63,436 nt of DNA, filler included, from Octopus bimaculoides (GCF_001194135.2; 4 parts of 4 records of this genome joined end to end with filler, not necessarily neighbours in it), one strand, 5' to 3'; shown: positions 26,749 through 40,996, counted from the whole stretch's first letter. The notes: generated by a model from the letters alone, not told the origin. A program made the numbers and translations.

Positions 26749-29169
26749 ACGTATATGTGTATATAATATGTATGTATATGTATGTTTGCATGTACATGAA
26801 AAATGGATGTTGATGATGATGATGATGATGATGATGACATTCACACTTAAAGAAGGTAGAAGTTGAATGGTAATTACACCTTTATGGCCACTAGCCTCCC
26901 TCATGTTAAAGAAGAAGAACCAGTTACCTAACTTATTTTATGTCCTAACCCCACGTAATGTCCCATGTAATAGCTTTGGCTGGTGGTTAAACAAGATACA
27001 GAAGTATCTCTGACTGTAGAGTGATGTTGATGAAGTTCACTGTGATATGCAACAGACTGTATCTCCAGTGAAATCTTCAGATTATCATCATCATCATCAT
27101 CATTTAACGTCCATTTTCCAAGCTGGCATGGGTTTGACAGAAATTGACCAGCTAAAGGGTTGTTCAGGTTCCATGTCTGTTTTGCCATAGTTTCTATGCC
27201 TAGATGCCCTTCCTAACACCAACAACTTTAAAGAATGTACTGGGTGCTTTTATGCAGCATCAGTACAGGTGCTTTTTTGTGGAACCAACACTTATGAGTC
27301 CACAAGGTTAGGTGTGCTCAGCTGGAATGGGTTGCAAGGGATGAACCTGTACACAAGAGCAACCATGCTTTTACTGAGCTTGATGTGTCTTTTCAAGCAC
27401 AGCAAACTCCCAAGAGTCTCAGTCCCTTGTTCATCCCCTCTGTGAGTCCCTACGTTTGTAGAGCCTTTCTCCCCACTTCATCCCACGTCTCCCTGGGTCT
27501 ACCCTTTCCACATATTCCTTCTACAATTAGAGATCAGCACCTCTTGATGCAACTTCAGATGCTTATTTTAAAAGGGCTTATCTACCCAAATCTGGGGATT
27601 GTACCTAATATGATATAGGCTTAATCACTAGGGTACAAAGCCAATGATTCCTTTATATATATAGAATACCAATAATAAAACTATAAAAGAAATAAACTAA
27701 TAGTTGTCTGGTATTGGGTAATCAGAGGTGTTAAGAATCTTTTCAGTTTTAAATACAAATACTAAAGTATGTATTGGAACATGAAATATTCAAACAATAT
27801 GGTATGATGGTAGGTTGAGACAGATAGAGAGGGTAATTAAACAATCCAAAACTAATATGCTGACCCTAAGTGAAACTGATTTGGAAGGAGGGATTAAATT
27901 TTGATGAAAAACAATACCTTTTCAATCTCTAGAAGAGATTGAAGCAGCTTGATTCTCAGATAAAAAAGAAAAAAGGCTTCAAGTGCATTATCTGATGGCA
28001 GAATACTTTGAGTGAAACTTAAAGCTAAGTAATGCAACTTCAGAATTACTGTTTGTTACTTACCAATAAATAGTACAGCTGATGATGAGAAAGATTCTTT
28101 CCACTAACTGTTGTAAGATACATATTATTCTAGCAAGATATATGAAAATTGAGGTTGGAGATCTGAAGGAAAAGTATGGCTTTAGCAAAGAAGGTATGAA
28201 ATAGACATCATAGATGCATGGGCTTGGAGATGCTAATGGAAATAATGAAGATTGACTAGCTTCTGTGGCTCCAATAATCACAGCGCTGGAGATATTTTTT
28301 TTTAAACACAAGGATATTCACAAATATCTTAATCAAATAGATCATACTATAACAAATCAGAAATGTTAAAAATTCAGTTTGGCGTTACATCATATTAAGG
28401 TGCTAATATCTGAAGTAATCATCAGTTGATGATAAGGCCAATTCAGTTGAAGTTAAGGCTAAAGAACAGGATGAAAGGATTATTAGGTTTGATACTATGA
28501 AGTTGAATGATAAATTGAAAATTAAATATTAAAATTGATTTGTTGTACTCAAAGCTGCAGATGAAGATGATACAAAAATCAATGGTACATTGAATAATTT
28601 AAAGGAAGCATATTGAAGTTTTCTGAAACCTTATATGAAAAAATTATTCAATAATCAAGAAAAAAGCCTCATCAAAAGTGAAATTGTCACATCATTTTTA
28701 ATAGTTACTTATTTATAAGTTTTATTTCTGATATGCAAATAATATAGCCTGGTGATTGCAACAGTTAAACAATTTTTTTGTTGTTTTCTCTTTCCAGTCT
28801 AAATTCCAAGTATACTATTCAATATAGTGATATTATTTTTCATTTATTGTTGTAATTTTCCCATGACTGACATAAAGAAGACATGCCAAGAATGAAGGTA
28901 TTAACAATAGTTTCATTATTGAATAGTTTTATTCTTTAATATTTCAGCAGCATTGCAATTTCTGAAGTAATGCAATTGATATTCTCATTGATCTCAGGAA
29001 CACTAATGACTTCATGTGTAGGACTTGTTGGAGCTAGTTGTGCTACTACAATATAGTGATATCAATATTTCAGATATAGTTTGGAATTTACTTCACATTA
29101 AAGTGTTAAGTTAATACCTTTTGTGTCAAATTTTGTTCCTCCTGTGTTCAGCATTGTCCTTTTTTGTTG

Positions 29170-29201
<32 letters not shown>

Positions 29202-29481
29202 TATATAATAATGAAGCCAAACCAAATAATGGTTTCAAATTTTGCCACAAGAGCAGCCATTTTTGGGGGAGGGGGAGTACTTAATTTATCGACCCTAAAA
29301 GAATGAAAGACCTCGGCAGAATTTGAACTCAGAACGTAGCTCTGGGCGAAATACCGTTAAGAATTTCGTCCAGGGTACTAATGATTCTGCCAGCTTGCTA
29401 CCTTAATCAAACCAAATAATGATGTCTTGAAAGCATTTAATACATGTCTCAAATCATTATGTAATATATAATACTACATTT

Positions 29482-29516
<35 letters not shown>

Positions 29517-30379
29517 ATACAAAGAATATATATGCATGTATACACACATATATGTACATACTTACATCTACATGTGTATATAGATGCATATCAAGGTACA
29601 GGACGTAAGAAAAAGGAACTACAGACAACGGAACGAACACATAGGAAAACAGATAGCCACTTGGAATTATTCCTTCATCAGCTGCCTCTATTCTAACTAG
29701 GCATTTCGAAGATAAGGCAGAATGCACTCTAGAATAGTCTCTTCCTGAGTAGTGGATTGACCCACTAAATAGAGGATTAGTTCACTATATATATATATAT
29801 ATATTAATATTTTGGCCTAATGGGTATATGTTGATTAGCATGTTGAAGTGTTGAGTAGAACACTGGCACAGTTTGGGCTACCTAATGTCATCTGCAGTCA
29901 GGGTATGTTTCCATTGAATCTACTTCAGGAACTGCACAGTGTTAGATGAGATAATAATAATTTCTTAAGTAACCAGAAGATGGATTTAGTATTAATCTTT
30001 ATTTTGTACAACGGTTGTTTCAAACCATCCTGCTACTGTCCCTTATGGGTGGGACTCTATTCAATGTGTGTTGCATCCATTTTGCAGTCTGGATCTCATC
30101 AGGCACATCCATACATAAAGTTGTGAATTTTGGCTGTCATGTTGTTATATGCTCGTCTGATTTAGAGAATGAAACATTGCTACAATTTTCAGTTATTATT
30201 ATTTTTCTATAAGAATTGTGAACATTTGTAGATGTAGACAAATAACCGTTGATAAAAAAAAAAATTATAGGGGAAGTGAATGGATGGACAGGAATAGATT
30301 GAGTTACATTGGGTTTAAGACAAAAGAATGGTACTAGAAAAAGGAAGGGAATGCAGGTTAGAAATAATAAAGAGTAAAT

Positions 30380-31110
30380 TTATTTAATAAAATTGCCATT
30401 GGCTTCAACAACAGCCTCCAGACAACTTCGTAATTTCCTGCAACTCTTCTGGATGGTTTCCTTGTTTAAATTGGTGAATGCTACCATAATCCTTGCCTTC
30501 AGTTCATCTTTGGTGTTACAAAGAGTTTTGTTGGTCTCTTACTTAACTGTGTCCCACACATAATAATCAAGGGGTTGCAGTCTGAGGAGTTAGGTGGCCA
30601 GATGTTAGGGGTGATGTGGTCACAGAAATTGTCTGACAGCCATGACTGTGTTTTCCTGCTTGTGTGGCATGGTACAGAGTCCTGTTGCCAGACATAGGGT
30701 CTTCCAGCAGCCATCCTCTTGGCCTAGGGCAGCACTACCTCCTCCAGGCACTTGATGTAGGCCTCTGTGTTGAGTCTGAGACCATGTGGGAAGATGAATG
30801 GAGGCATAATGTCGCCATCACTAGTGATAACTCCAAACACCATGATATTAACTGGATGTTTAATTTTTATAACTCTCGGTACATGCACTGTCCTCAGATT
30901 GACACCCAAACACTCTGAAATGTTCGTATTGGAGCTTCTGGTGTGAATGCAAGCAGTACAGCATGTCATTTCCAAATTTGTGGCAGAGTGAATTGCGTCA
31001 TGGTGCTGTTTTTGTCACAGACGGTGCCCAACAAACCCTACTATACTGTGTAGTTGACAAAATCAAAAACGAACAATGCGCAAGTGTGAAATTGAGAGAA
31101 GCACATTGTA
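30380..31110 (-). mobile_element. Tc1/mariner superfamily transposase relic, probably DD37D (maT)
   Basis: VMVFGVITSDG-like segment and WQQDSVPCHTS...IWPPNSSDCNPL(D). Reconstructing one frameshift puts 37 residues between the second and third Asp. C-terminus is LEAVVEANGNFIK*. Confidence 0.85.
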
Positions 31111-31130
31111 TATATATATATATATGTATA

Positions 31131-31163
<33 letters not shown>

Positions 31164-31263
31164 NNNNNNNNNNNNNNNNNNNNNNNNNNNNNNNNNNNNN
31201 NNNNNNNTTAATTAATTAANNNNNNNNNNNNNNNNNNNNNNNNNNNNNNNNNNNNNNNNNNNN
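31164..31263. other. Artificial 100-bp scaffold spacer (44 N + TTAATTAATTAA + 44 N)
   Basis: The identical construct occurs at 14741-14840 and 59187-59286. TTAATTAATTAA places stop codons in all six frames. Confidence 0.95.
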
Positions 31264-31304
<41 letters not shown>

Positions 31305-31559
31305 ACACACACACACACACACACAAACATGTAGAAACAAATATTTTTATTAAAAAAATAAGCACAAAACAAACAAATATTAGTAAAAATAAATGAAAAT
31401 CATCTATAAACTTAATTAAATTACAGTCATAGCCACGCAGAAATGTCTTTTCTAGATTAGGATTAATTTAAAATCAATGTATCATATATTCTTTATCATT
31501 CATTCAAAGATATTCAATTCAGATATAATACTGTTTATCTTTTTTACTTTCTTTTACAG

Positions 31560-31727
31560 AGTGGTAAATCAACATATCTACGGCAAGTTGCTTTGCTCCA
31601 AATTATGGCTCAAATCGGATGTTTTGTACCTGCTACATATGCTTCTTTTAGAATTTCTGATCAGATTTTTACTCGTATTGGCAGCGATGATGATCTAGAA
31701 ACTAATGCCTCTACATTTATGCTTGAA
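31560..31727 (+). CDS. MSH4: MutS homolog 4, internal coding exon (second half of Walker A and ATPase core)
   Basis: Acceptor cttttacag|AGT, donor GAA|gtgaga; 168 nt, phase 0 to 0. Translates [56 protein letters not shown], which matches the MutS ATPase consensus and human MSH4 as recalled ([25 protein letters not shown]...DDIETNSSTFMKE). Confidence 0.97.
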
Positions 31728-33002
31728 GTGAGAATACTAAATTAATATTGTTCTAAATAAAACGATTGTCAAAAGTAATTTACACACACACACACACACA
31801 CACACATAAGTACTCTATCCACTGAGAGATAAATGCTCCATCTACTAAGAAATAAATATCGTTTAATATACACAATTACAAAAAATGCTGAAATTGGAGA
31901 TTAATCCAGCAAGTTTTGTCTTTCATTAAAGTTTCATCGATTTCTTACTTTCATTTCTGATCAATATTTAATGACATAGCAAAAATAGTAGGCTGGCTGA
32001 ATCATTAACAATGCTGGACAAAATGCTTAGCAGCATTTCATCTGTCTTTATGTTCTGAGTTCAAATTTTACCAAGATCGATTTTACCTTTCATCCTTTGA
32101 AGGTCGATAAAATAAGTACCAGTTGGGCACTGGGGTCGATATAATTGACTTATCCCCTCCCCTCGAAATTTCTGGCCTTGTGCCAAAATTTAAAATCAAT
32201 ATTTAATGACAAAATTAGTTGGTTTGATTCTTACTTTTGTTTATCAAAGTTCATGGGGTATATTCGTGAGTTATATTTTTACAATAAAGCTAAAAAAAAT
32301 TATTTATTGACCATACAGTATATGACTTCATCATCATCATAGTTTTAACATCCATTTTTCCATGCTTGCATGGGTTAGATGGAACACATTGAGGCAAATT
32401 TTACTGTGACAAGATGCATTTCCTGTTGCCAACCCTTACTCATTTCCAAGGAAGGTAGTATTTCCCTGTGGCTGGATATGTATTTCATGGAAGATTGAAA
32501 ATGAAGGGCACTAGTTGCATGATGGTGATGCTCATTTTTATAACTAGCATACAAGACAAGAACACACACACACACACACACACACACACCAAGATTCTGC
32601 TGTGGAACTGAACCTGAAGCCACTTGGTTGGCAAGTGATGTATGTGTGGCATCTTGAGCAAGTGTTTATTATTATAGCCTCAGGTAGACCAATGCTTTAT
32701 GAGGGAACTTGGTTAGAGAGACACAGCAGAAGTCCATCGGATGGATTATACCCATAATACATACTGTATAACACTGATTCAGCTCAAGGAATATGTTAAA
32801 GGTACACGTGTCTGTGCAGTATACTCAGCCATTTATGCTATTTATGCATAATTCAATGTGTTGGTGGTACTCAGCTGATCAAAGAACAAGAATTGTCAAA
32901 ACTAATGAAGACCATTTACTTGTGTGTGTGTGTGTACGTACATATATATATATATATATATATGTATCTGAGTACATACATTTACGATCAATTTCATTTC
33001 AG

Positions 33003-33075
33003 ATGAGAGAAATCAACTACATTATTCAGAATGCTTCAGATACTTCACTAATAATAATTGATGAGCTCGGTCGAG
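33003..33075 (+). CDS. MSH4: MSH4 coding exon (Walker B)
   Basis: atttcag|ATG ... CGA G|gtaagt; 73 nt, phase 0 to 1. Translates MREINYIIQNASDTSLIIIDELGR(G), containing the DELGRG motif. Confidence 0.97.
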
Positions 33076-34439
33076 GTAAGTAGAGCAGGTGTTATTTGCC
33101 ATTGAATGTCTGGATGTTATGACTTATTTGCTTTCTTCGTCATCATCATCATCATTATCATCATCGTCATCATCATCATCTGCTTTGTTATTGTCATCAT
33201 TACTGTTACCATCGTCATCATCGTTATCATCACCATCATCATCATCTTCATCATCATCATCATTTTTATGTTCATTTGCTTTGCACAGGTCGGATGAGGC
33301 CTTCTTCAGTACAACATCTCACCACAAATTGTGGACTTTTGTCATCTTCTTCATCACTTCTTACCATCTCTTCCTCAGGTTGCCTCTTCCATTGGCATGG
33401 TCAGCAAGAAAGTACATACAGAATAGTTTCATTGCTCTACAAGTATCTCAGACAAATTCAGTTGACAGCACTTCCATGCCTGTAAAACTGGCAATACCCC
33501 TCAATAGCCAGGCCAGGGATTTCTGGAAATTTTCCATGGGCCCTCTGGACTTCTTTACCCAAATTTCATCCTGCACATGCATCAATGACATTTGCATTAA
33601 CATTATATGTCCAGTGGAGCATGCTGTCTCACTTTTATCATTTCAAACATCCTCTGTATTCTGTGCGCAAGTTTTACTATCATGCAAAATGGTACTTCAT
33701 TTCTCAAGCAGAAACCATCTGCTCTTGAATAAGAAAGAGATTCCCTTTGTTGACAGAAGGGATATTAGCTCCCAGAACTTCCTCTACCCTGTTCTTATAT
33801 TGTCTGCTATATTTTCAGAGAACCCATCTCTGTTGCTACTTAGTTCATATTGGGTAACAGAAAATATCATCTACCTCTTGGGAACCTTCTAAACATTTGA
33901 AAGAATTTATTTCATCAATGTACTTCCACTGAACTACCCCTGTGCATTTAATACTTATGAATCCTTTTTGTTTTCTTTTTGCCTCCTTTTGATCCCATAA
34001 ACCTTTTGGACATCATAATTTACAGTTTCTCGATTACTGTCCCCAATGACATCTTGATTCATAATGGTACACTACCCTTTTGCAATCCAGAACTTGTAGC
34101 ACCTCTGATCCTCTTGTTACAAAACACTAGAACATTGGTAACCTTCTTACTTTCATGTTCTTCCATGCTTATCATATCTGATATCTGGTTTCTTTTCTGG
34201 CTAATTAATATTGCTTCCTACCACCCATTGTTTTCTAATCTTTCCAGACTTGGGAACAGGTGAGAGTTGGTAATAGGAAGAGCATCTGGCTGTAGAAAAA
34301 TCTGCCTCTGTGAATTCCATCTAACCCATGCAAGCATCATGGTGATGATGATGATGATGACGATGATGATGATGATGATGATGATATACAGGGTGTAGGA
34401 TAGTTCGATACAGAGTTAAAAAATGAAGAAGATGTGAAA

Positions 34440-34635
34440 TCGTTCCTTTATGACTTTATTGATTCAAAGCCACACGATTTCTGAATGAAAGGATTCAAAA
34501 CTTTGCCCGAAAGATGGCAAAAAATGATCGATAATGATGATGATCATCTTTTGGATTGATTTTTCTTTGTTGTTTTGCTAATTGTTAATGATGTAATATG
34601 TTAAAAGTGTCCAAGAACTTTCTTACCAAACTGAT
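34440..34635 (+). mobile_element. mariner transposase C-terminal relic
   Basis: Translates KGFKTLPERWQKMIDND, matching the mariner GIxxLPERWQKV motif. Confidence 0.7.
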
Positions 34636-35664
34636 ATATATATCTGTATGTATGAATATAATTGATGACTTGATATCACATAATGTATATTTGTTGTTAA
34701 ATGTTTTTTGGCTGTGGTATTCCATCTAGGGACTTTGCTTCAAGGGTAAATTGAATATACAACCCCAATGAGCTGAAATAACAGTGAAATATCATTATCT
34801 GTCATTCTTGTTCACCTCCAGGGTGATTCATTTTACCTGGCTTTCAATACACTGTATCTTTAAAGGGACTTTCTTTGGGTGAAATATCGCAGCCAAAAAG
34901 TGTTTTACAACACACCTACATTAAGTGCATGACATCAATAATGTTTACATTACAGAGCTCAAAATCTGAATTATATTTTACTTGTACAGCACTGTTGCAC
35001 ATCAGCAGATAGATTTTACACTATCAATATATATTTCAGGCTAGCTGTTTAAATTTGTTTTGAGGGTAAAATGAGAGCATAGTATTGATGAGCTGAAATA
35101 ACAGCAAAATATTGATATCTGTCATTCTTGTAAACCTCTGGGGCAATTCATTTCACCCGGCTTTGAAGTATGCTGTGTTTTTTAACACTCTACATCTTTA
35201 AAAGGATTTTCTCTATAAAAAGCTGCAACCAAAAAGTGTTTAACAACACACATATATTATTTTCAAATTTTGGTACCCAAGGCCAAAAAGTTCTGGAGAG
35301 GGGATAAGTCAATTACATTGACCCTAACACCCAACTGCTACTTATTTTATTGAACCCCAAAGAATGAAAGACAAGGTCAATGTTGGCAGAATTTGAACTC
35401 AGAACATAAAGACGGACAAAATGCTTCTAAGCATTTTGCTTGGCATACTAAAAATTCTGCCAGCTCACTAACATATTAAGTATGTGACATTGTAGAACTA
35501 CATCTAACACAAAATTTAAATACACACACACACACAGACACATATTCACATATATATCAAAGAATACTGAATTATTCATTATAACATAATTTTTCTTCAT
35601 TTCAAAGTATCTGGGCATAACTTTTGGATGTATCCAATGAATTTTCATATTCTTGCTTTTAAAG

Positions 35665-35729
35665 GAACTAGCGTCAAAGAAGGCTTGGGAATTTGTTACG
35701 CAATATGTGAATATCTTTTGAGTACAAAG
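35665..35729 (+). CDS. MSH4: MSH4 coding exon
   Basis: ttttaaag|GA ... AAG|gtatga; 65 nt, phase 1 to 0. Translates (G)TSVKEGLGICYAICEYLLSTK, similar to human [22 protein letters not shown]. Confidence 0.96.
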
Positions 35730-35965
35730 GTATGAATAATTGTTATATAATTTTTAGGGCAAAATATGAGACAATGTATTTCTTGATCCTGACATTGTGG
35801 ACTTATTTTTTCATTAAGCTGCAAGAATTTGTTTTTTCCTTTGTAAAAAGATTTGTGCATGGTATGATCAATAAGTATCCGGACTGTTGTTATAGTAATG
35901 AAGCTAAAGCATGCAGAGTGAAGCTGCTTGACACAGATTGACCTTGAACTCTGCTGTGTATGCAC

Positions 35966-36640
35966 ACTAAGTTTTAACATTCTAGCTCACTTCCGCTGTT
36001 TACAGCAGTGCTCGGAAGGGAGGTGTGTAGCGTGTGATCATTGCATTGACCATGACAGAGAAAGCTGAGCAGAGAATTTGCATCAAATTTTACCAAAAGC
36101 TTGGCGATACCTGCTCAGAGACCTATAGTTTACAAAAAGTTTTCATCATTCTTGACACAATCAAGGAGATCTTGTGCAACTGAAACCCAGGTGTTTTTTT
36201 GGGTCAGCTGAAAGCAGTTTTGGCACAAACTTGGCAGACATGCATTTCATACCCAAATCTTCAGCGATAATGGACTGAACTGAACTATAACTAATCTGCA
36301 CATCCTCTGATAACTTATGGATGGTGATTCAATGATTTCCCCTCACAGCTGCACACACATCTGCAATGTTTTCCTCAGTTCTGCTTCTTGCAGGTCTCCC
36401 TGAACGTTTGTCAATATCGACATTTTTTTGGCCATCTTGGAAACATCTGAAACATTCATACACTTGTGTGCAGCTCATACTCTCCTCTCTATACACTTTC
36501 TGCAACTTTATGTAGGCCACTGAGCAGGTACTGCCATGACAACTTTCTCTTTCATGGTCAATGCGATAATCACACGCTACACACCTTCCTACCAAGTGCT
36601 ACTCTAAACAGTACAAATGTGCTAGAACATAAAACTTAGA
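35966..36640. mobile_element. Fold-back mariner derivative: two 5' ends facing each other
   Basis: + arm encodes MTEKAEQRICIKFYQKLGDTCSET. The - arm carries the same 5' sequence plus the HTH region ...RSGRPARSRTEENIA. The imperfect inverted arms are about 35966-36135 and 36485-36640. Confidence 0.8.
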
Positions 36641-36938
36641 CCGTTGAGATGTGAACATCAGTCACTGATAGATCGTCCATTTGACAAAACACGTTGCTGA
36701 TTTGACGCCAGTTAAAAAATGCGTTTACTGCCATGGGATTTCTACCTCGCTTCTCAACCAGACTATGCAACACAAGCCTGTTATACCCATGCCTGCTCCT
36801 ATTTCTATTCGTAAATTACTTTGGTTGCCTCAAAAGAAATTCAGGATTTTCACTTAAAATTAGTTTAATATTAAATGGTTTTTGACTACAAAAATTGTCT
36901 GTACATAAATTTATCAACTATATCTCATTGTTTTACAG

Positions 36939-37009
36939 GCTATAACACTTTTTGTTACCCACTTCATGGAATTGACTAATCTTGATGAAGTTTATCCTAA
37001 TGTCGAGAA
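36939..37009 (+). CDS. MSH4: MSH4 coding exon
   Basis: ttttacag|GCT ... AA|gtaagt; 71 nt, phase 0 to 2. Translates AITLFVTHFMELTNLDEVYPNVE(N), covering the FATHF-type motif and YPNVEN. Confidence 0.96.
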
Positions 37010-37381
37010 GTAAGTATGTTTCTCTCTCTTTCCCTCCCTCCTTCTCTTCCCCTCCTCTCTCTCTCTCCCCCCCCCTCTCTCTCTCTCTTTCTTTGTTCCT
37101 TTTAATATCATGTCACAGTTATAAAATTGAAAGATGTGTAAACATAGGTGCAAGTGTAGCTCTGTGGTCGAGAAGTATGCTTTCCAACCATATGGTTTTA
37201 GGTTCAGTCCCACCTCATGACACCTTGGGCAAGTGCTTTCTACTAAAATTTCAGACTGACCAAAACCGTATGAGTAGATTAGGTAGATGCAAACTGAAGG
37301 AATCCTATTGTGTATGTGTGCGTGTGTGTTTAGGGGTTGGCATATCCCTTGTCTTGATGATGGTTGTATGTTTGTGTATAT

Positions 37382-37412
<31 letters not shown>

Positions 37413-37624
37413 GAGAGAGAGAGATGCTGTACGAATACTTTTTTCACCCCTAAATATTTATATTTGTATATAAATTCATTAGTTACTATAATTTATTAGT
37501 TTCTTTTGCATATTCTTAGTTTATGTGTGTGTATGCAAATATAGTATTGGTATATCCCATTTATGTTCATTAGAAATTAAATAGATAAAGAATTTCGACA
37601 TGTACGAATATTTATTTCCCCCCA

Positions 37625-37711
<87 letters not shown>

Positions 37712-37918
37712 TAATTATACGGATAAACAAATGAGATATTTTAAATATAACAGTTGTACATTCGCATAATTGCCTCTATATCTGCTCAACTCGATCCTTT
37801 TTATAGCCACTCTTTACCCCATGGAATTGATCCCCTGTAAAGACATAGTAGTCTAACTTTGAATCAATTGAATGCTACTGTCTTCCATACACAGAATCTC
37901 TGGATCTCATCCATGGAT

Positions 37919-37953
<35 letters not shown>

Positions 37954-40900
37954 TGCTGTATATTATTTTCTAACAATTTGACTTGGCTCCATACAACTTC
38001 AGACTCATCAAATGAATCTGTCTCCTCAGGATTGTTGAGACCGAATGAGACATATCCAAGATGACTTCCAGATGTTGGACTATATATAGTTTTATAGTAT
38101 TAATAACCATTTCCTTTTGTTTTAAGTTTATCTGTGTCCGGTTATATTTACCATCCAACTGATATGATTCGCCTGATAATGTAATTATTTATATAGCTGT
38201 GATAAGAATGAAAATAATGTGAAATTGTATGATATACTTCAGGAGATCTCTTAACTTATCTTGTGTCTTTGTTTGTTTGTTTGTTTGCTTGTGTGTGTTT
38301 GGGTAGATGTGTTTGTATATGCATGCATGTATTTGTGTATGTATGTGTTTGTGTGTCTGTGTGTTAGTGTTTAATAGTGTGCGTGTGTCTACAGCTGTGT
38401 TTGTGTTGTGTGTGTGTGTTTTTACGTTTTTGTATGTATTCAGCGTTTGTGTATGGTGTTTGTGGTTTGTGTGTATATGTGTATGTCTATAGGTGTGCTT
38501 GTGTTTGTATACAGGTATGTTTGTGTTGTGTGCGTGTGTATTTTTACACGTGTGTATGTACAGTGTATGTATAGTGTATGGTGTGTTTTGTGTGTCTGCT
38601 ACAATTAAAATATGAGATAACCATAAATGATTTGGTTAGGTAATATATATAAAAAAATGCATGTATTTTCCTGTTTTGTTGCTGTTTTAATTGTTGTTTA
38701 GCTTAGGTCATCCGTGAGTAAGCATACTTACAATCAAAGACACTCCATCTGTGACCCTCTCTACCCTATTCATAGACATAGTTCACCAAGAGCCACATTA
38801 TTCAATATGTCCTCTTTTTTACAAGATGGCATTTGAGAGAGATGTTGTAGATATTTGTAACTGATCTAAATATTATGTAGATCTACCTACCCCCTTATTG
38901 GTTAATGTCAGTGAGTCAAGCCACTATTTTTTATTTTTCTGCATTTCACGAAATGGAAGAGCCACTATCTAACCCCGAAACAAGTCTCTTTCATTAGAGT
39001 TTAGTCAACATCAATAGGGCTGTCATGTACGTATGTGTGTACAGATGAAGGCACATAGCTTAGTGGTTAGGGCATTTGGCTCATGATCATGATGTCATAA
39101 GTTCAATACCTGGTGGTGCATCATTTCCTTGAGCAAGATATTTTATTTCACGTCGCCCTAGTCCACTCAGCTGGTAAATACGAGTAGTGCCTCTATTTCA
39201 AAGGGTTGGCCTTGTCACATCCTGTGTCATGCTAAATTTTCCAGAAAACTACATTAAGAGTATGCATGTCTGTGGAGTGCTCAGCTACTTAAACATTTAT
39301 TTCATGAGCAGGCTGTTCCATTGATTGGATCAACTGGGACACTCATCGTTGTAACCAATGGAGGGCCAGTTATGTATGGACCTGCATACATAACCACATA
39401 CTTGCTGTCAACTTGTAAACAAGTATGACCATCACTGATTAATTATCTTACCCTAGATGTTAAAGACAATGGCTGTCAGCAATCATTGCTGAAATTTAAA
39501 GTCCAAAACAGCTTGCGCGATTGTTTAGCTCCCCGCCTCCTACCCTCCACTGAACATTGACTGAGTAGACTGAAGATCGACAGCATCCCAGCAATGACCA
39601 ACCACTTTGTATTTTTTCATATGTGCAGGGAACCCTGGACATTTATCCAGTATGTCCTTTTTTTAACCGGCTGTGGTATAATTTGAGGGAGATTTGGCTG
39701 CTATTTCTGGCAGACTGAACAACCATTTGCACCCCCTCCCCCACCGTCTATTCGTAGATTATAATAGCACCGTTGTAATGGTATTCAACATTATCTGGAA
39801 CACTGTAAAATTGAATGTCCTTATATAACACTAATGCCTAATTTAAGCTATTTCCATGTAGAGTATGAGACGTTTGGCAGTCGGTTTGGTGCTGTCTATT
39901 TGGCATTGTGGATTCAAAGCTGACTCCCATTTGACATCAAGCGATGTTTTGGTTCATTCAAGTGGTTGGCATTAGGAAGGGCATCCAGCCATAGAAACCA
40001 TGCCAAAACAGGTGACTGGAGCCTGGTGCAGCCCTCCTACTTGCCAGCTCCTGTCAAACTGCCCAACTNNNNNNNNNNGGTGGTGGTGGCGGTGGTGGTA
40101 TGATGATGATGAAAGGCCTGATATTTTTTATTACTTTACTATATAGAGAATATACTATAAACTCTTTCAAATATATTGTTTAATGATCAGTTGTGATTAT
40201 CAGTGTAGGAAGGCAATCCCTGAAAACCACTTTTGGTTGCTCTTATTATTTTAAGAAAGTATGTAGCCACCCGTTGATGTGAACTTAAATGATTTTCACA
40301 TCTGGGGTATAGTTAAGAAGCTCACTGGCAACAGGATTTTCAAGTAGATATTCCACATAAATTAATAATTTGATTTAAGATGTCATTAGCTTGGCTAGCT
40401 GACTCATGCTTCATTACTTATTAGTCCAGTTGTATACTGTCTCCATTCAGGCCTGCTCAACCCACCTGTTTCTTTTCATTACATTGCCTGTACTGTCTCA
40501 ACACTTTGAGGCTACATTAATAAATTTGTCCAACCCTTCTTTATGATAATATCAACCCACTGACATTCCCTCCCAGTCCATGAATTTCTTTCTGGTCTCA
40601 CCAACCCCAAGGGTCTGTAAAATCATGAACATAATCACTCAACAAGACTAACACAAAAAACAAAGTAAACTATATTTTGATATTAGTATTAAGACAGCAA
40701 GCAAGCAGAATCATTAATGTGTCAGGTAAAGTGATTAGCAGCATTTCATCTGCCCTTACATTCTGAGTTCACATTCTGCCAAGGTCGACTTTGCCCTTCA
40801 TCCTTTCACGATTGACAAAATAAGTACCAGTTGAGAACTGGGGTCGATGTAATCAGCTTACTCCCTTCCAGAACTTGCTGGCCTTGTGCCAAAATTTGAA

Positions 40901-40996
40901 ACCAATATTTTTATGAGGTACAAAAGAAATAAGAATGTTATTTAAAATTCTGTGAGAAATATTTCAATCTCAACTGATATATATATATATTAATAG

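Noticed and set aside
28949-29056. Short hydrophobic frame SIAISEVMQLIFSLISG... after an acceptor-like cag
   Set aside because: Only 35 codons, no partner exons or homology, and the opposite strand is equally open.
33089-33892. 267-aa + strand ORF with a poly-Ser tract
   Set aside because: It lies in an MSH4 intron, starts from a non-ATG codon, and is driven by a (CAT)n microsatellite. There is no recognisable domain on this strand; it is probably repeat-derived.
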